This document shows positions 59,712 to 64,000 of a stretch of DNA of 64,000 bases, in pieces. The stretch is taken from the NCBI GenBank assembly GCA_030704615.1, contig CM060732.1:66588001-66652000 (forward strand). The letters run 5' to 3'. The DNA is from Takakia lepidozioides. Its lineage: Eukaryota > Plantae > Bryophyta. Made by a program: the position numbers and the translations under genes. The notes beneath the pieces were generated by a model. That model saw only the letters and a program-made list of their open reading frames with translations, did no database searches and had not been told where the DNA came from. Each line of letters begins with the position of its first letter. Position 1 is the first letter of the stretch.

Positions 59712-60990
59712 GTCTTCTGGTGTGCTATTTGGGGTGAATTACCTCTACAAATTGCTCGGACCACATAACTTATGATTCGTTGTCATGTCCTTCTTACATG
59801 TTACCAGAAATCCATGCTGGATAAACGCCAGGTCTTTTGCTTGCAAAGCAAGGGTTAGGTTCATTTGCAAGTTTCCAATTTTTATTTTATTTTATTTTTC
59901 CCCGAATGTGCTAGATTAAGATGTCGTCAACGACACCTTAATCTGGCTGGTCTTCTGTTGTGCTATTTGGGATGAATGGCATGTACAAATTGCTCGGACC
60001 ACATAACTTATGATTCTTTGTCATGTCCTTCTTCCATGTGACCATAAATCCAATGTTGGGTAAACGTTAGGTCTTTTATTTGCAAAGCAGGGGTTGGGTT
60101 CATTTGCAAGTTTTCCCAAATATATATATATGTAGTATTTTATTTTATTTTTCCCCGAATGTGCCAGATTAAGGTGTCGTCAATGACACCTTAATCTACC
60201 TTAATCTGGCTAGTCTTCTGGTGTGCTATTTGGGGTGAATGACATTTACAAATTGCTCAGACCACATAACTTATGATTCGTTGTCATGTCCTTCTTCCAT
60301 ATGATCAAAAATCCATGCTGGGTAAACGCCAGGTTATTTGCTTGCAAAGCAGGGGTTGGGTTCATTTGCAAGTTTTCCAAGGGAAATAAATAAATAAATA
60401 ATTATTTATTATTCCCCGAATGTGCCAAATTGAGGTGTGGTCAGCGACACCTTAATTTGGCTGGTCTTTTGTGCTATTTGGGGTGAATGACATCTACAAA
60501 TTGCTTGGCTCATGATTCGTTGTCATGTCCTTATTCCAAGTGATCAGAAATCCATGCTGGTTAAACGCCAGGTCTTTTGCTTGCAAAGCAGGGGTTGGGT
60601 TCATTTGCAAGTTTTCCTATATATATATATATATATAATTTTATTATTATTTTCTTTTTCCCCGAATGTGCCAGATTAAGGTGTTGTCAACGACACCTTA
60701 ATTTGGTTGGTCTACTGGTGTGTTATTTGGGGTGAATGACATCTACAAATTGCTCGGACCACATAACTTATGATTCGTTGTCATGTCCTTCTTCCAGGTG
60801 ACTAGAAATACATGCTGGGTAAACGCCAGGTCTTTTGCTTACAAATCAGGGGTTGGGTTCATTTGCAAGTTTTTCAGAAAACAAAAAAATAAAAAATAAA
60901 AAATATATTAAATAATTTTTTGTTTTTTCCCTCCTGAATGTGCCATATGAAGGTGGCGTTGACGCCAGCTTTATTTGGCTGGTCTTCTGG
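59712..60990. repeat. Tandem array of ~5.1 copies of a ~240-270-bp unit containing an ~18-bp-stem palindrome and a variable AT-rich tract
   Basis: Units start near 59712, 59950, 60213, 60465, 60710 and 60982 (GTCTTCTGGTGTGCTATTTGGGGTGAAT...). Consensus palindrome GCCAGATTAAGGTGTCGT-CA-ACGACACCTTAATCTGGC. Confidence 0.93.
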
Positions 60991-61442
60991 GCTGGAATTA
61001 AGCTTCCGCCAAATTAAAATACACTTATTTAAACTCCACAACACATAGATCCCCACATGCTGATCGGTAAGGATACATGTTGTTGCAGTCATCCATGGTT
61101 CACTCATCTGGGACATTTTTCATCCAACACTCATCCAACGTTCATCCAATGTTCATCCAATCCCTTTTACGTTCATCACAGATACATTCATTTGTCAATT
61201 TTTTATTGCACATTTGTGCCACAGATACATTCATTTGTCAATTTTTTATTGCACATTTGTGCCACATTATCGTCATGGAGCCCCTCTATCTTCGGTCCGA
61301 TGGAGAGGAGATTGCGTGTTGCAGTGGAGTTTGTGTCCACGGCAATAGACCTACTTGTTCCCTTGCTTTTAGGGTTCGCATCAACAATCTGCTCACGCTT
61401 GGGGGAATCTGCTCAAGGGTTCTGCTTACGCCATTGCTGCCC

Positions 61443-63367
61443 TCAGGAGCCCCCATGAGCCGAGGGGGATGCAGCGGATGGCGAGGCCTGGTGGTTATTC
61501 TTCGACAAACTGGCGTAGGGCTGGAAACCCCTTGCCGACTCCCTGCGAGGGACTGGCGATGGTACTGGAGATAGAGCTGGAGCTGGCGGAATACCGAGGA
61601 TAGCCTCCGTCAGGGTGAAGCCAGCGATGAGCATTTTCCTGCTCCATTCATAAGCTCCCGAGGAGGGGAAACTGCCAGAGGGCTGCACTTCCACTGTATT
61701 ATCTGTCACTGCCTGTCTAGTGGTCCAAGAAAATAGATTCTTCCTAGCTTTTTCTCCGCCCAGGTCCTCCCATTTGAAAGCGAGCAACACATGGACTATG
61801 GAGGCTGAATCAGACTTAGTGGAGTTGTCCCAGAATGCCCCAAAGTGTACCGTGGTGTCGTTGGATAGCATGAACTCAAAGGGTTCTTCCGCGAAGAGGG
61901 TGCCCACCAACTTGAGGCAGAGTTCTACTGCCTTGGAGTCGGTGTAATAAGTTTTGTGGTGAGTTGTGATCCACGAGCCTGCCAAGCCCTCCGACCCATT
62001 AATAACCATGATGGAAGGTGCGCGATTAGGGCCCTGGAACAATCCATAGATTATAGGTGTGATTTTTACCACAGCCAAGCTGCGTCTCACTGCATTCTCC
62101 AGAGTCCATTCACACAAATTTAGATTAGCAAAAGAGCGCAGGTCCAAGCATCTAGTTGCTATATTAATGAGGTGTTCGTCCTCCGAATCATTGTAGGGCT
62201 AGAAATTAAAAACTGCTGGAGGGTAATGAAGGGGGGGGGGTGTGTGCTGATCCCTTGTTCCCGTGGCAGCAGAATGAGACGAGGTTTTGATGGCGGCGAT
62301 GAGACGGAGGGTGAACCGATCCGCTTCCGTTTGGCGTTGCGTTCCAGCGAGGGCGCAGGAAGAGAGGCCGCTGCAGTGTTCGCATCCCGAGAGCGCGAAA
62401 GAGAAAGAGGAATCACCGGGGCACTTCTAGTTTCGGATGGGGGTACCCCAGGATTTGGGACTTGAGCTTGAGCTGTGTATTCAGGCTTGTTCCTTCGGGG
62501 ACAGTCTGCCTTCACATGCCCCTCTCCATTGCATTCGTAACAAATAATGCTCAGTGTCTCTTCTTTGATTTGCACAGAAATAGAAGCACCATCCAAAGTT
62601 GGCAATTTGATCGCATTTCCAATTGTAGCTGATTCTGGCATCATGACAACAATCTTCGGAACTCCGCCGTCTTTCCCACTGTCGAATAGCGAAGGGTCTT
62701 GGTCCATGCTCAGTACTGCATCATCTATAGGATCAAACACATTCAATGACCCAATGCATGAATCGAAATGAGCTCCAATTTCCGGCAGAGAAGCTAGGTA
62801 GTTGTCAGGTAAAAAAGGCAGCGCGATGATTCTTGGCTTGTAGGCGTTGCCTTCTTTGTGCCCCCATGTAGGTGACCATGGGAATATATGAACTTTGAAC
62901 CTGGACTTGCGGGTATTGAAGGCCAGGGCACAGTCCGCCTCTTCTTTCGTGCCAAATTTGACAGTGTAGAATCCCCTCCCCATTGAGTGGCAGAAGCGAT
63001 GCGAGAGCCCCCCATGAGCCCTTAAGTGTTCTGTGATCCATTTCCTCACCTCATCTTTGTCTCTTGGCCGTCCTAGAAAATGCAACAGTATTCCATGCTG
63101 CATCATTTTTGTAGAGTGAGCTCTAAGACACTCTAGATCCAGTGAGATCACATCCTGAGAATCTGCATTGGGCGCCACCGATTCCACCCATGGGACCATG
63201 TCTAGGCATTGTGAGGGACCTGCTAGCTCGGGACTCTTGCCAAGAATGGACGAGACTGGAGTTGATGCAGAGCTTCGGGGAACCCAACTTCCTTTCCCTC
63301 TAGAGCTTGAACCAGGACCAGATCTTCGTGAAGGGGCTCCTCTAGACGCCATAGAATGAGAAAGCAA
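61443..63367 (-). mobile_element. L1-clade LINE ORF1 (DUF4283-like RRM + zinc knuckle) with a downstream ORF of unknown function
   Basis: MGRGFYTVKF...WSPTW...LPFLP and CYECNGEGHVKADC in 62159-63367; ORF 61443-62147 follows on the same strand; no adjacent ORF2. Confidence 0.75.
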
Positions 63368-64000
63368 GAGATCTCACAGGACATGACACCAACACGCAGC
63401 GGGAGGGAAGTAAGCTAGAGGGGGGTGAAGCATCACCTTATAAGCGCTTTGGGGATAGCGGTCATCTTAAAGTTCTGGTGCTTCGAAGCACGGGGAGCAG
63501 GGCGCAAAAAGAGAACAATTATGTGACTCTGCGCTGAAGTCAGGGTGAAGGCGGCCGAGAGAGGTGGAGAATTATGACTTGGGGGCTGAAGTGAAGAGCT
63601 GCAGTGATCACCGGGTTGGCAGACGGCGGGGCTGCAACGAGTAACCCCAGCTGGGGGGAGCAAATACCTGCCAAATGCCAGCAGGACGAGAATGGAAGCG
63701 AAATAAGGCAATGAATACTGTTGGGAGAGGGGAGCACATGAGATTTTGGGTAGTGCAAGAGAGCAGAAACAAGCGCGGCGGGTTGTCGGGCCTGAGAGAG
63801 GAGCAGGGAGGCCAGCAACGGGCGGGGGGGTTGGGGAGTGGAAGTGTAGGATCTCGAGAAGATCAACAGTGCCGCAGTACTGCAGTGAAGCTAGAGCGGG
63901 TGAGATTTATTAGCCGTCAAGCCGCAGTGGGACGGGGTGACGTCTGTAGATGCATGCAGGGGGGAGAGTGATATGCATTAGCCAGCAAAGCAGGGTTAAT

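Noticed and set aside
59712-60990. CRISPR-like array (palindromic repeat plus variable segments)
   Set aside because: Eukaryotic context, ~250-bp conserved units, variable parts are simple AT microsatellites, and no cas genes.
61177-61264. ~43-bp tandem duplication
   Set aside because: Ordinary local slippage duplication with no further structure.

Overview
Eukaryotic nuclear DNA, most likely a non-seed land plant (inferred from CHUP1, TAF15b, short GT-AG introns and plant TE families). Host genes: an intact 9-exon CHUP1 (9246-15170, -), a TAF15b/FET-family gene (42564-43505, -) with a 5'-truncated inverted duplicate near 5.6-7.4 kb, and a disrupted TPR/beta-helix/DUF4470-like gene (861-4926, +). 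Most of the rest is TE-derived: a TTAA-flanked piggyBac-like MITE, a Ty3/Gypsy element (20811-40100) with a second one nested in it (27814-39232), a CACTA element whose TnpA-like gene carries an FCP1/NIF phosphatase-like domain, LINE fragments and a palindrome-bearing tandem array. Main finding: the two Gypsy-type elements have unrelated terminal repeats but the same non-canonical 'permuted LTR' ends, X...internal...Y-CA-NN-TG-X-Y. Each has a palindromic internal end-to-end junction and a 4-bp TSD, the layout expected if a 2-LTR circle were opened by integrase at an att site inside the LTR. The inner element also has a C5 DNA-methyltransferase remnant, a PHD finger, a self-priming-type PBS and a ~3.6-kb-arm inverted repeat. 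The outer element has a dUTPase-like domain. All alignments and domain calls were made by eye.
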